NCBI GenBank assembly: GCA_951406725.2
Contig: OX597825.1
Coordinates: forward strand, 57,350,001 to 57,414,000
Origin: Octopus vulgaris
Taxonomy: Eukaryota
Reading direction: 5' to 3'
DNA: 64,000 nt
Within the stretch, counting starts at the first letter, position 1, and every line of letters starts with the position of its first letter. A program made the position numbers and the translations under genes. This document shows, one piece after another, positions 52,312 through 64,000 of this stretch. The notes beneath the pieces are model-generated. The model worked only from the letters and a program-made list of their open reading frames with translations. It did not search any database and was not told where the DNA came from.

Positions 52312-52800
52312 TGGTGAGCTGGCGGAGTCATAAGCACGACTGGCAAAATGCTCAGCAGCATTTTGTCTATCTTCATGTTCTGAGTTCACCTTCCACTGAG
52401 GTTGACTTTGCTTTTCATCGTTTTGGGGGTCGATGAAATAAGTACCTGTGGAACACTGAGATTGATGTATTAACTTATACCCTCCCCTGAAATTGCTGGT
52501 CTTGTACCAAAATTTGGACCCATTATTATTATTTTTAAGGCAGCAAGTTGGCGGTATCATTAGCACAATAATAATGGTTTCAAATTTTGCCACAAGGGAA
52601 GCCATTTCGGGGGAGGGGATATGTTGATTACATCAACCCCAGTGTTCAACTGGTACTTAATTTATCGACCCCCCCCCACCACCAAAAGGATGAAAGTCAA
52701 AGTCGACCTTGATGGAATTGGAACTCAGAATGTAGCAACAGACAAAATACTGCTTAGCATTTCGTCTGGTATGCTAACAATTCTTCCAGCTTGCCACCTT
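52312..52800. mobile_element. Inverted pair of family C SINEs (52312-52525 +, 52575-52800 -)
   Basis: GGTGAGCTGGCGGAG head on plus and AGGTGGCAAGCTGGAAGAA head on minus, tail to tail. Confidence 0.8.
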
Positions 52801-52965
52801 CTTTAGCATGATAATAATAACACTTGTTTTAATCCAAGATGGAGACAAGCACCAACGTTCCATGTGGAAAGCTTGATAATTGTTAAGGAATACCTGTCTT
52901 AACATGAAACCAATGGCAGCCTTAACCCATATATGTCTGTGTGTGATTATATACATGAATATATA

Positions 52966-53131
52966 GGTGCAGGAGTGACTATGTGGTAAGTAGCTTGCTT
53001 ACCAACCACATGGTCCTAGATTTAGTCCCACTGCATGGCATCTTGGGCAATGTCTTCTGCTATAGCCTTGGGCCAACCAATGCTTTGTGAGTGGATTTGG
53101 TAGACCGAAACTGAAAGAAGCCTGTTGTGTG

Positions 53132-53162
<31 letters not shown>

Positions 53163-53179
53163 ATTTGTGTGTGTGTGTA

Positions 53180-53223
<44 letters not shown>

Positions 53224-53418
53224 CCCCCCCCAACATTGCTTGACAGCTGATGCTAGTGTGTTTATGTCCCCATAATTGAGCAGTTTGGCAAAAGAAACCA
53301 ATAAAATAAGTACTAGGCTTACAAAGACTAAGTCCTGCTGTCAATTTGCTCAACTAAAGCCGGTGCTCCAGCATGGCCACAGTCAAGTGACTGAAACAAG
53401 TAAAAGAATAAAAGAATA
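52966..53418 (+). mobile_element. SINE family A, plus strand
   Basis: GGTGCAGGAGTGACTATGTGGTAAG...GAAACAAGTAAAAGAATAAAAGAATA. Confidence 0.9.
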
Positions 53419-53978
53419 TATATACATGCATTTATATATATACATATATAAAAGGAACTCAGAGAACATAACTGCTATCTAAACTTTATATAAAGTACAT
53501 GTACTTCAGAAAAGCTAGCCACCAGCCTAAAGCCTTTTTACACTACGCAATAGAGCTGGTCTTCTTTGTCAGTGTTATTGGGGATAAATTTATATATACA
53601 TGGTATAATAATAAACAGGGCAAATTTTAGCTATTTCTCTGGTGACTGAAAAAACGATGAACAACCTTAATCAATTTTCGAACCTTATAGGCTTCTCATC
53701 AGAGGTGTCTACATTATTCTCATAATGGTATCACCTTGAATAAAGCTGCATGGATACGTTCACCTTGGGTGAACTTATAATGCAATTGAGCCAACAAGAT
53801 GCAACTGGGTGCCACATCTTAGGATATCTATGCAGTAAAAACACATATTGGACAGAGATTTAAAATTGAATGTAATTTATATGAAATTGTAATTAAGAAA
53901 CTTTGAGGATGTGTAAATCTCCATTCTTATTTTTAATGTCTTATATATGTGTGTGTGTGTGTGTGTGTGTATGTATAT

Positions 53979-54995
53979 ATAGGGTGGTATTAAAAAGTTC
54001 TCAGACTAGTTCTGTGGTCCACCAACAGATAGCAGTGACATCGTTGTGTTTACTTTGCAAGTTGTGAAATTTGTGTTTTTGTGATTACATGTATGCTGTG
54101 GTCTTCGATTTTCACATGGACAGGAAGTTGGAACAAAAAGCTAACATGAAATTTTGCATTAAAGTCAGGAAGTATGCTAAAGAGAATTACACACAATGTT
54201 TCAAGTGGCATGGATATTTCAAAAGCAGAGGAAAGTCTCTGGAAGATGATGAGTGATCTGGAAGATCTGCCAGGAAAAAGTTCATCAGCTTGTGCATGAG
54301 GATCATTGGAGGACAATCAATGACATTGCTGATGTTGTATGGGTCCATGCAGGCAATCCTAACATCTGAATTGAACTTGCAGCGTATCTCTGCCAAGTTT
54401 GCCCCCTGCTTGCTGATCACTATGCAAAAAGAATATCGTATTGAAGTCTGTTGAGACCTCCATCATCATGCCACCAATGATCTATCCTTCAGGTTGTGTC
54501 ATCACCGGTGACAAGAGGTAGGTCTACATGTATGACCCTGTGACAAAGCAGCAGTCATCACAAAGAAGGTTTGACAGAGCCACAGCCCAATCAGGAGAAT
54601 GCTCATAACTTTTTTCAACATCTGCAGTATTGTGCATCAAGAATTTGTCTCCCCAGGGTCAGCCCATCAACTGAGAGTTCTCCTGTGATATTTTGAAGCA
54701 TTTGAGAGAGGACATTAAGTAAAAGTGACCAGATCTGTGGAGTGCGCAGAATTGGATTCTTCACAACGACAATGCACTCTGTTACTGAGTTCTCCTCACT
54801 CATGAGTTTCTTGCCAAAAATAACATGGTATTGCTTCCACACCCACCCTATTCACCAGATTTAGCACCTGCAGACTTCCATCTATTCCTGTAGCTGAAAA
54901 TGCAGCTCAAACGTTGCCATTTTAACACCATTATTGAGATCAAGAGTGAATTACAGAAGGTCCTTGACTCACTTACAGAAAACGACTTCCAGGTT
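53979..54995 (+). mobile_element. Decayed mariner (second family), 3' truncated
   Basis: Left end GGGTGGTATTAAAAAGTTC; MDRKLEQKANMKFC, ITGD, LHNDNA, HPPYSPDLAPADFHLF. Confidence 0.88.
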
Positions 54996-55399
54996 TGAAA
55001 AGGAAACAAGTTCAGAGATGGAATATTCTATCTCTGACCTTCTTTCCTTTGACACCTCAAATGTAAGCTCTCTTCTTTGAAGAAGGAGACTCATCTCACC
55101 CTACTATGGAATCAATCTACAAACATTATTTTGGACTACTGAGCCCCTAGAAACAGCTGTTGGATCTGTAATACTTTTCTTCAACCCTTTTAATTATATA
55201 TATCATTTGTATTCTGTGTACATTGGACCTTTTTTGTATGTATACATATATACATTTGTTGTATTTCATGTAGTTAATATACTTTATATATTGATCTAAC
55301 TTGCTTATCCCTACATTTGCTTCTATATGTATACATTTATATGTGTATATATATGTATAAGCGATATCAGAATACTGAAGCAACTTCTATTTGGCCAAT

Positions 55400-55850
55400 T
55401 GCCAACAGGAAGGTCAGTTGGAAGGCCACTCCTGTGCTTCCAAGACAAACTAAAGGACAATCTGAAATGATGCAACTGGGAAAGAAAAGCATTAGAATGC
55501 AGGATCTAACATCACTCCTGCTTCTTCTCAGTTCAAAGATTTGAGCAAGGTTGACTCCAACATCAGGACCAACTTGAAGGCATGCTGGTGTGATGCTTCT
55601 CCTCTAAATGGAAACCTTACCTGTCATTGTGGTTTTGTGGCATAAAGCAAAGCAGACTTTACCGTCCACTCAAGAAATCACATAGTAAATGATCCACAAG
55701 TACTCAAGCAAACTGAGTCCTCAATTTGTTCTATTTGCCAAAATGTTTGCAAAGCAACAGCATGCCTCAAGAGACACATTTGTGTCCATAGAACATGATT
55801 ATTGCTTTATTTTACTGAGCCCTCATTTGTCATTCACAACGAGAGGATCT
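55400..55850 (+). mobile_element. RTE-like LINE 3' end
   Basis: GRPLLCFQDKLKDNLK and zinc-finger remnants TCHCG...H and CSICQNVCK..LKRHICVH. Confidence 0.6.
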
Positions 55851-55869
55851 ATCTATCAATAAACAATAT

Positions 55870-57790
55870 AGGGTTACAAATTGCTAGCAATTTAGCTATA
55901 GATGATAGAACTGAACCATATATCCTTAGAAAATCCCAGATTATGCTTAAGGACTGTAAACCTAACTTTCTTATTGACTCCTAGATTGATTTGTCCTTCT
56001 AAATCTGATACAGGGATTTCTTGTAAGAAAATCATTGATAGAGTATTACCTCCACCAAGTCTAAAATTAGATTAGCCTTCTAGTTTAATGGTTTAAGCTT
56101 CTAGAAATTAGCAAGAATAGTAAATTCTTGCAACTAGATGTAGAGAGTTATTACACCACTATTAATCCGATCGTCCTCAACAGAGCCCTGATTTATATTA
56201 TGAGAAATTCTGATTTGCCCCAATGAGAAATAGCTATAATACTTGCCATGTAAACTACTTTCGTAGATTTTGATCGTAGATTATGGAGTAGATTAGATAG
56301 AGAGAATGCTTTTCATATAGCAATGGGGTCATCTGTCTTTGCACAGGTTGGAATATATATCCTTTCATTAATCCAGTCTTCATTTCTGGAAGTAACAGGG
56401 GCTCTATATAGAGATGATGCCCTATTCTTTCTGGACAGAAGTAGTAAAGTACAATTAGAAAGACATAGGAAACCTTTCTTTAAATTTTTTAAAAGTTTAT
56501 GACTAAACATTACTATGGGAAAAGATTATCGTAGAGTAGATTCTCTTGACACTTCCTTCTGTCTTGATATTGGATTATTTGAACCATTTCATAAGTCAAA
56601 TGATCATATTAAGTACATAAATGTAGTATCCAACCATCCACCTTCAATAATATGGGGATTAGTTGAGAGTATTTCTACAAGAATTTCTAGATTATCTGCT
56701 AATAAAAAAATTTTCGAATCACATGCAGCTTATTATAATGCTGCTTCAGCTTGGGCTGGACACCGTGAGAAAATTCAATATATACAAGACACAAGCATAC
56801 ACAACACTGTCAATTCCTCCAATAATAATGCATATTGTGCACCATCACAATGTTATGGTATGAGAACCTACTCAGATTGAGAATACAGGTCAGGAAAAAT
56901 TAGTAAAGGTAATGAGCTACCATCAAAAACTCATAGACAAACACTACACAATAATCCAACTGCTCATAACAGTAAATTGTTCCAATCCTGTACAACAGAC
57001 TAGATCAGATAAACCAAACAACAGATATAGGAATCATTATGTCCTCTGGTACAACCCAATTTTCAGTTTGCATGTTTCAATCAAGATTGCTGGAAAATGT
57101 TTTGCTACTTTAGACAAATGTTTTCCTAAATCTAATAGATGGCATGTGGAGGCACAATGGCCCAGTGGTTAGGGCAGTGGACTCGCATTCGGAGGATCGC
57201 GGTTTCGATTCCCAGACCAAGCGTTGTGTGTATTTATTGAGCGAAAAACACCTAGAAGCTCCACAAGGCTCTGGCAGGGGGTGGTGGCGACCCCTGTTGT
57301 ACCCTTTCGCCTCAACTTTCTCTCACTCTCTTTTCCTGTTTCTTGAGTAACACTGTGATGGACTAGCGTCCCGTCCAGCTGGGGGGAACACACAGGCCAC
57401 AGAAACCGGGAAACCGGGCCCATGAGCCTGGTTAGGCTTGAAAAGGCAAAAAAAAAAAAAAAATAGATGCCATGCTATTTTTAATTGGCACACCATGACG
57501 GTATCCTATGTTAACTCTACTAATTTAGAGCAGCACATGCACTACATGAACAATAGTAAAATGTGACAACAGTTCAATAACCCACCTGCTGGATATACTC
57601 ATACGTGGCTAAATACCAATGAAGGAGATATGAGCCACAATGATAATCACCAAACACACCCAAATTGTGATAACAGAAATGATTATGATATAGCGAACAT
57701 GGTAATAACGTCAGAAAATGAAGTCAGAACTGCTATATATACAAATAAATATAATAAATGCTCATGCAGAGAAAAATCATGCAGAGCTAC
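55870..57790 (+). mobile_element. Decayed Penelope-like RT element interrupted by a SINE
   Basis: FLQLDVESYY, IAMGS, LYRDDAL, SNHPPSII..ISTRISRLS, LWYNPIFSLHV..IAGKCF..LDKCFPK, IFN.HT, CSCR. Confidence 0.85.
57146..57463 (+). mobile_element. SINE family B with poly(A) and target-site duplication
   Basis: tRNA head, A16 tail, TSD AATAGATGGCATG / AATAGATGCCATG. Confidence 0.92.
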
Positions 57791-57826
57791 ATACTGCAAG
57801 ATTCTGAGTTCGATTCCAAGCAGTGA

Positions 57827-57829
<3 letters not shown>

Positions 57830-57883
<54 letters not shown>

Positions 57884-58076
57884 CAACAACAACAACATCG
57901 AAAAATACCTTAGGAATGAGAACCCAGATTCAAAATTTCCCCAAGACACCAGATGAAGCCTGGAGAGTATATCAGCCAAAACGTGTTAACAACAAACACG
58001 ACGAGGACAAATATCCATCAAATGCAAATAATGTAAATAATGTAAATAAATTCCTCATCTCTTAAATATAGAACTG
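57830..58076 (+). repeat. (AAT)n plus a pLTR-like repeat with a degenerate hammerhead
   Basis: CAGATGA-AG(C)CTG...CAGCC-AAAAC at ~57950-57982 resembles CTGATGA-stem-GAAAC. Confidence 0.45.
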
Positions 58077-58302
58077 TATTATATAGACATTATTGTCACC
58101 GTTTAATGTCTGTTTTCCGTGCTGGCATGGGTTGGATGGTTTGACAAGTGCTGACCAGCCAGTGGGGGATGTCTAGACTCCAGTTGTTTGTTGTGATATG
58201 GTTTCTATCGCTGGATGCCCTTCCTAATGCCTACCAGTTTACAGAGTGTGTAAGGTGCCTTTTACATACCACCTGCACATAAGTATGCATGCATATAGAC
58301 TG

Positions 58303-58334
<32 letters not shown>

Positions 58335-58339
58335 CATAC

Positions 58340-58800
58340 ATCATCATCATCAACATTTAACATCTGTTTTCCATGGGTTGGATGATTTTGACTGAGGGCT
58401 GGCAACCAGATGGCTGCACCAGGCTCCAATCTTGATCTGGCAAAGTTTCTACAGCTGGATGCCCTTCCTAACGCCAACCACTCCGAGAGTGTAGTGGGTG
58501 CTTTTTACGTGCCACCTGCGTGGGGGCTAGTCAGGCAGTACTGGCAATGACCTCACTCGAATCTTTTTACATGTCCCACCGGCACAGGTGCCAGTGAAGC
58601 GACATTGATAACAATCACGCTCGAATGGTGCCCTTTTATGTGCCATGGGTATGGAAGTCAGTTGGCTGCTCTGGCAACGATCATGCTCAGATGGTGTTCT
58701 TGGCACCCTACTAGCACAGGCATAAGTGCCAGTAAGGCGACGCTGGTAACGATCACACTTGTATGGTGCTCTTTGCAACCCACTAGTACAGATGCCAGTC
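58340..58800 (-). repeat. Family D retroposon end with internal ~60-bp tandem units
   Basis: (CAT)n followed by the family D body; GCCAGT..GCGAC..TGGTAACGATCACGCTCG.ATGGTG repeated 3-4x. Confidence 0.7.
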
Positions 58801-58928
58801 ATCGAAATGATTTTGATTTTTACATACATATATATATATATATACACATACATACACACACACACACATACACACACACATATATATATATATATATACA
58901 AATACATATACATACATACATACATACA

Positions 58929-58963
<35 letters not shown>

Positions 58964-59399
58964 GCATACATACAATGCATATTCCAGTTTTAGACTAGGT
59001 GGATAAGAGGGACACAGGTGCACTGAACTGATTAGGTACACAGAGTGTATCGTAAAGAGTTAACTCAAAAGGAGAACAAGAGAAGCAGTGGGGTACAACC
59101 ACATTTTCAGAAAATGCACATTTAAACTTGTACCAGCAAAGTAATGTATACTTAAAGTACTGCTGTGCAAAAGAAGTCACCAAATTACAATAATGAGAGA
59201 AGACAATGCATTTTGATATTTCACTGGGAGGAAAGAAAAGTTCACTTTCTGAATTTATATTCAACATTCTTGTGCTAGAAAATAAAGTGCTGACATTATG
59301 TAACATATTGTATATATATGTGTGTGTGTGTGTGTATATATATGAATGTATATATTTATATTTATTTTTAAATGTATATGTGTGTTTACATATATATAC

Positions 59400-59447
<48 letters not shown>

Positions 59448-60019
59448 ATATATGTATATATATATGTATATATATGTATGTGTATGTATACAGACATATA
59501 TGTGTGTGTGTTAGTATATACATACACTTCCCTTTTTATCTTTGCTATTTCAGTGTTATTTCACATTAAAGACAAAACCTTCTACTTAATGATTCAATTT
59601 CACCCGAAGAAAATGACATTGGAACTAAAAAAAAAAATTTGAAAGAAAAAAAAAATGATGAAGAATAAAGCCCTTGGTAGCTTGTGTGAATAGGGAATAA
59701 TGCTAATGACTGATGAATAGATGATATAATGGTATTTCAGCAGATGTAGTCACCCACCTGACATCTCTCCTAAAACTGACATGACATTCAAAAACAGATA
59801 AATGCTGAAAATTAAATTTCTGTTGTATTTTGTGTGATACATTTTGGGAACTGTTGTCAGTTTAACCTCGTTTATTTTCAAATGAAATGAAAGATATATT
59901 TTGTGTAATTCCGTTTGACTAGACACAAAACCTTTAGTTACAAAAGCTTCTGTGTTTTTTTTTCTTTTTCTTTTAATTTTTTTTATATCATTAGGCACAA
60001 GAACCTTTAGTATGTTTGC

Positions 60020-60206
60020 ATGAGGTGGTATCAAAAAGTTCCCGGATTACTTCTGTAGCATGCCAACAGATGGCAGCACATGGTTGCTTGCACACTGAGA
60101 GCTAACAGTGACCTTCATGAGGCAGTTTGCTGAGTGATATCACTGTGTTTACTTTGCGAGTTGTGAAATTTGTGTTTTTGTGATCACATGTATGCTGTAG
60201 TCTACG
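60020..60206 (+). mobile_element. 5' end of a mariner of the same family as 53979, cut before the ATG
   Basis: GGTGGTATCAAAAAGTTCCCGGA...GTTGTGAAATTTGTGTTTTTGTGATCACATGTATGCTGT aligns with 53983-54105. Confidence 0.85.
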
Positions 60207-60260
60207 TTTCTTACTTCTTTACTACCCACAAGGGGCTAAACACAGAGAGGACAAACAAGG
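60207..60260 (-). mobile_element. Isolated 3' tail of family C SINE (or of its partner LINE)
   Basis: TTCTTTACTACCCACAAGGGGCTAAACACAGAGAGGACAAACAAGG matches 22424-22469. Confidence 0.85.
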
Positions 60261-60458
60261 CGTGGTTGCGGCGACCTGGTCTGCTCGGCACGCCGTCGTG
60301 TCCGGGCTAGTTGGCGAACGCAGCGCTTCTTAGAGGGATGGGCGACAAAAAGCCGCACGAGGCGGAGCGATAACAGGTCTGTGGTGCCCTTAGATGTCCG
60401 GGGCCGCACGTGCGCTACACTGGAAGTATCAGCGGGCGCGTCTCCCCCCGGCCCGAGA
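60261..60458 (+). pseudogene. 18S rRNA fragment (V7-V8 region)
   Basis: Conserved SSU motifs CTTCTTAGAGGGA and ATAACAGGTCTGTG(G)TGCCCTTAGATGTCCGGGGCCGCACG(T)GCGCTACACTG; sharply GC- and CpG-rich. Confidence 0.92.
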
Positions 60459-60469
60459 TATCTCAGATA

Positions 60470-63400
60470 TCAAACAAGGTATGGTGGGGTTTAGACAATG
60501 TGTGTAAATAGTAAATAAACAAAAACAATTAACAATAAGATTCAAACAATTAAATTCTCCAATAGGTGGGAAATCCAAACAGGAACATCCAAGGAAACCC
60601 CACACACCATGGATACCCTGATCACACAGGGTGCCTCAGGCAAACACTCCTCTTCTCTTCGCCCACTTCAGCCTACAAGTACTTACTTAGTGTAGGCCCA
60701 TTCATATGGGCCATCCTTGCCACATTCACCCACCTTTCAATGAACTTACTGGGTAACAGTACCTCCATCTCTACCCTCACCTTCCTTTTCAAATAGAACC
60801 TGAAAAAGTTAATGAGTCCTTGGCCAAAGTGGAAAGTGCCTGTCTTCAATCCTGTCAGATGCATCCACCACACAACCTCTTTTGCCATAGCCTCCAGACA
60901 GAGAAAAACTGCTTGACCTTGCCAGCCAAAGGAAGGTGGTGGGGCGATCTTCATGAACTCGGACAAGAGTTGGATCTGTCCTACACGTGACAATTGCTGT
61001 CTGACAAAGCTCCACAATTCAGTAATGCCCAGGCACTGTATGAGTGCGTGCAGGATGGTTTCATCGCTCTGTGCACATCTTGGACAGGACTGGCTGACCC
61101 CACTTCTGTGGTTGTAGAGCTTGTCTCAAACCAGCAGAGCTCCCCTGTAGCATTGCCAGGCCAGGGATTCCTGGATATTATTCATGGGCCAATCAACACG
61201 GAGATTCCTCCAGAATGTCGTCACTCTTGCCCTCCACTAACCCCCTATGGAACTCCATGGTGGAGCATTGCCCAAATAGCTGAGATTTCTGAGCACTTGG
61301 AGACACTCTAAGTGCCAAGCACCCTGTCTTGGTCTATGCTTGATCCAGGACTGTTGCTCCATCAAAGAGATAAGCAGTGGGAAAGCACGTTTAACAAACG
61401 GCAGCCACATCTATTCACCAATAAGGTGTCGCAGCCTCAGTGCATGCATGTGCATCCTTAGTCACAGCATCCCCAGACCTCCACACAGCAAATACTGACA
61501 ACAAATAGACTCTCTGACATTTGGAACCTGTTCTTTCCACAGAAAGTGGAAGAGCAGGTGCTCCAGCTTAATCAACCATGAAGCAGGGCTAGGAACAATG
61601 GTCAGGCAGTAATAGATGACAGATGCAATGTATGCATTTATCACCTCTGCCCGACCTTTCTGGGACTGCTTTCTCTCGCCCCATTTCTGGGTGAGATTGG
61701 CCACCCTAATTGTGACCTCTTCCCAGTTCTTGTCCACTTGGAGATCTGGCCAAACCAGACCTCAAGTAGTTTAACTGGGCCTTCCATCCAGCATCCAACA
61801 ACACTGTTGGTTGACATGGACCTGCCCCTCCTGGTGCCGAGCTGCAGGCTCACTGACTTCTGGTTAATCTTTGCTCCTGTCACCATTTCATTTTCTTTTA
61901 GTGTAGTGCCAATCACCCCATTTTCTGAGATGTCCGACACTATTACAGTGATATAGTCTGCATATGCTGACACAAAGACTCTACATCCTAGTTCTCGTGG
62001 GATGCCTCTTGAAACATCCAACTTCTGCAGTAATGGCTCGAGAGCCAGCATGTACAGAAGGGGCAAGAGTGGGCATCTTTGATGAACTGAATATGTGATG
62101 CTAAATGAAAAGTGGCCATTAACTTTGGCCACTGAGCAGATGTCGCTATACACTGCAGCAATCCAGCCTCTGAAAATGGGACCGAAGCCAGCTACCTTCA
62201 GGATAGCCACCAAGTATTCATGGTTGACCCTATCAAAAGCTTTCAATTGATCCAAATTGATCAGGGCCCCACCCATGCCAGGTTCTTTACATACCCTCTC
62301 TATGATGTATCATGTGACGTGTAGGTTGTTGTGGTTAGATCTGTTTGGGATAGCACGTGTTTGCACATCACTGACCAGTCTGGCAACAACAAGTGCCAAC
62401 CTCTTCACTAACACCTTGGCCAAAATCTTGTAATTTGTGTTTAGCAGAGTTACGTGCCTAAAATTATCGATAATGTCCATCCCCCTTGTTCAGGTCCTTT
62501 CCCAACAACAACACTAAGCCTTGGCTCACTGAACTGAGAATTCTCCTGTTCTGTTGCCAATTGCAGTAGTCTGGCATATGAGTATAAAACTCAAAGGGTA
62601 GACCATCCAAACCCAGAGACCTGTCCCTTGTGCAGCTAGACATCGCTTCACAAATATCTTTGGCTGTTATTGGCATTTCGCAGAACTCAGCATTCCTGGT
62701 TGAGAGTCACAGTAGGCCATTAAGGTAGGAGGTGAAATCCAATTCCATCTTCATGCCACCATGTGCCCCATACAGTTTAGCGAAGTGCTGCCAAAATTCT
62801 GCACACATCTGCTTGGACTCGTCTGTCATGCGACTGTCCTGCAACGTCAAAGATCAAATTGTGGTTTTGTTTCTACATTTTGTCTCTGTCACCCAGGCCC
62901 ATCGAATGGCTTTCCTTCCCTCATATTTTGGAGCATGCACCCTAGCTCTGACAACACAACCTTCATGCTTGGAGTTGAAGAATTGGTCAAGTGCCAATCT
63001 TGTCGCCAGCACGTCGGTTGCTATGCCTTTACTAAGTGCCTCTTCTAGTGTCCTAACTAGGTCTCCTTCTACTCTAGACTTCTCTATCACTATTTCTTTG
63101 CTAAACCCTAATGCCTCTACTTTAATTGCCCTTTTCAGAGCTACACATCATAGGTTGTTGATGACAGCATTCATCAACTTTCGATAGACTAACCTGCTAA
63201 GTCAGTTTCTGAAAGCTTGGTGTGCCAAGGACACATCCAGCTTCCAGTATCCAGGGCCCTGCCTTAGAAGTCTATTTAGATTGATTGTACAGATCAAAAT
63301 TTTGTGGTCTGTGTAGCTGACAACTTTAAATTGTGGACATCCTATGTCAGCTCTGTCTATTGGCCTACAAAACAAACTTGAGATCCAGTCCTTTCTGAGC

Positions 63401-64000
63401 AGCACTACCACCCCACCTCCCATTCCAGGCCGACTAAGAGATGTGTAAGTCTCTAAATCGTCCAACATGGGAGCAATAATCATGTTAAACACTAGGGGAA
63501 TAAGGAAGTAGGAGGGAGCTACTTACTAAAGTTTTGTTGGGGAGAAGTGGTGGTTCATTCTTCATCCCTCTCAATGGATGTGGGTGTTTCCCCCCAGCAA
63601 GTTGTTGTAAAGTCTTTTGTTACATGACTTTTGAAAATCCCTTACAAAGTCAGGATATTTATTTTTTAAATGGCAGTAAGTGGTCTCTGTTGTTTCAATT
63701 ATTTTTATGTGCTGTGGTATGTTAGTGTTAACTCTTGATGCAACAAGTGTGCTTTAGTTAATGTCTATGTAATGTTGAATGTCTTGCATTAATGTCTTGT
63801 TTTCTGTGTTTACGGCAGTCAAGTTGATAATTTCTTGTTTTTGTTTGTTTGATGGATTGTTGTTTAACTGTTGTGTGTGTAAATTAAACAGCGTTGGCGA
63901 TGGTTGCAGAGATAGTGATGGTGTTATTAGTGTCGGCTGTGTCAATGGAACTGTTGTTGGGAATGGTGTGTTATTGTTGCTGCTACTATTATCCATCTCT
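60470..64000 (-). mobile_element. Tx1/L1-clade LINE: decayed ORF2 (APE + RT) and probable ORF1 tail, runs off the window end
   Basis: YTDHKIL..GPGYWKLD (EN end), SLGLDGLPFEFY, ALINLDQLKAFDRVNHEYL, SVHQRCPLLPLLY, SAYADYIT, KGRAEVINAYI, FHFLWK. Confidence 0.9.

Noticed and set aside
58540-58800. CRISPR-like repeat-spacer array
   Set aside because: Degenerate tandem units inside a eukaryotic retroposon; no unique spacers and no cas genes.
60261-60458. Functional rDNA unit or contaminant contig
   Set aside because: Only ~200 bp, embedded between host repeats.

Overview
AT-rich eukaryotic (animal) genomic DNA, dense in (TA)n/(CA)n microsatellites, tRNA-derived SINEs and decayed transposons. The repeat content is most like a coleoid cephalopod (octopus-type) genome; that is an inference from pattern recognition, not a database match. 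Most ORFs in the track are microsatellite or SINE read-through. Identifiable elements are: three mariner-type copies, a nearly intact Tc1, a 3.7-kb hAT with a probably spliced transposase, several MITEs, three Penelope-like elements with hammerhead-like remnants, CR1-like, RTE-like, CRE-like and Tx1-like non-LTR fragments, and a ~200-bp 18S rRNA fragment. The window probably lies inside a minus-strand host gene: one good 388-nt exon (10370-10757) and several phase-compatible small exons. The most unusual structures are (i) a SINE-tail/18S-rDNA/Tx1 chimera cutting a mariner end, (ii) a back-to-back CRE-like element with two outward-facing 3' ends and no RT, (iii) SINEs with swapped heads and tails, and (iv) many long hairpins. 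I see no unambiguous new biological system; these are leads.
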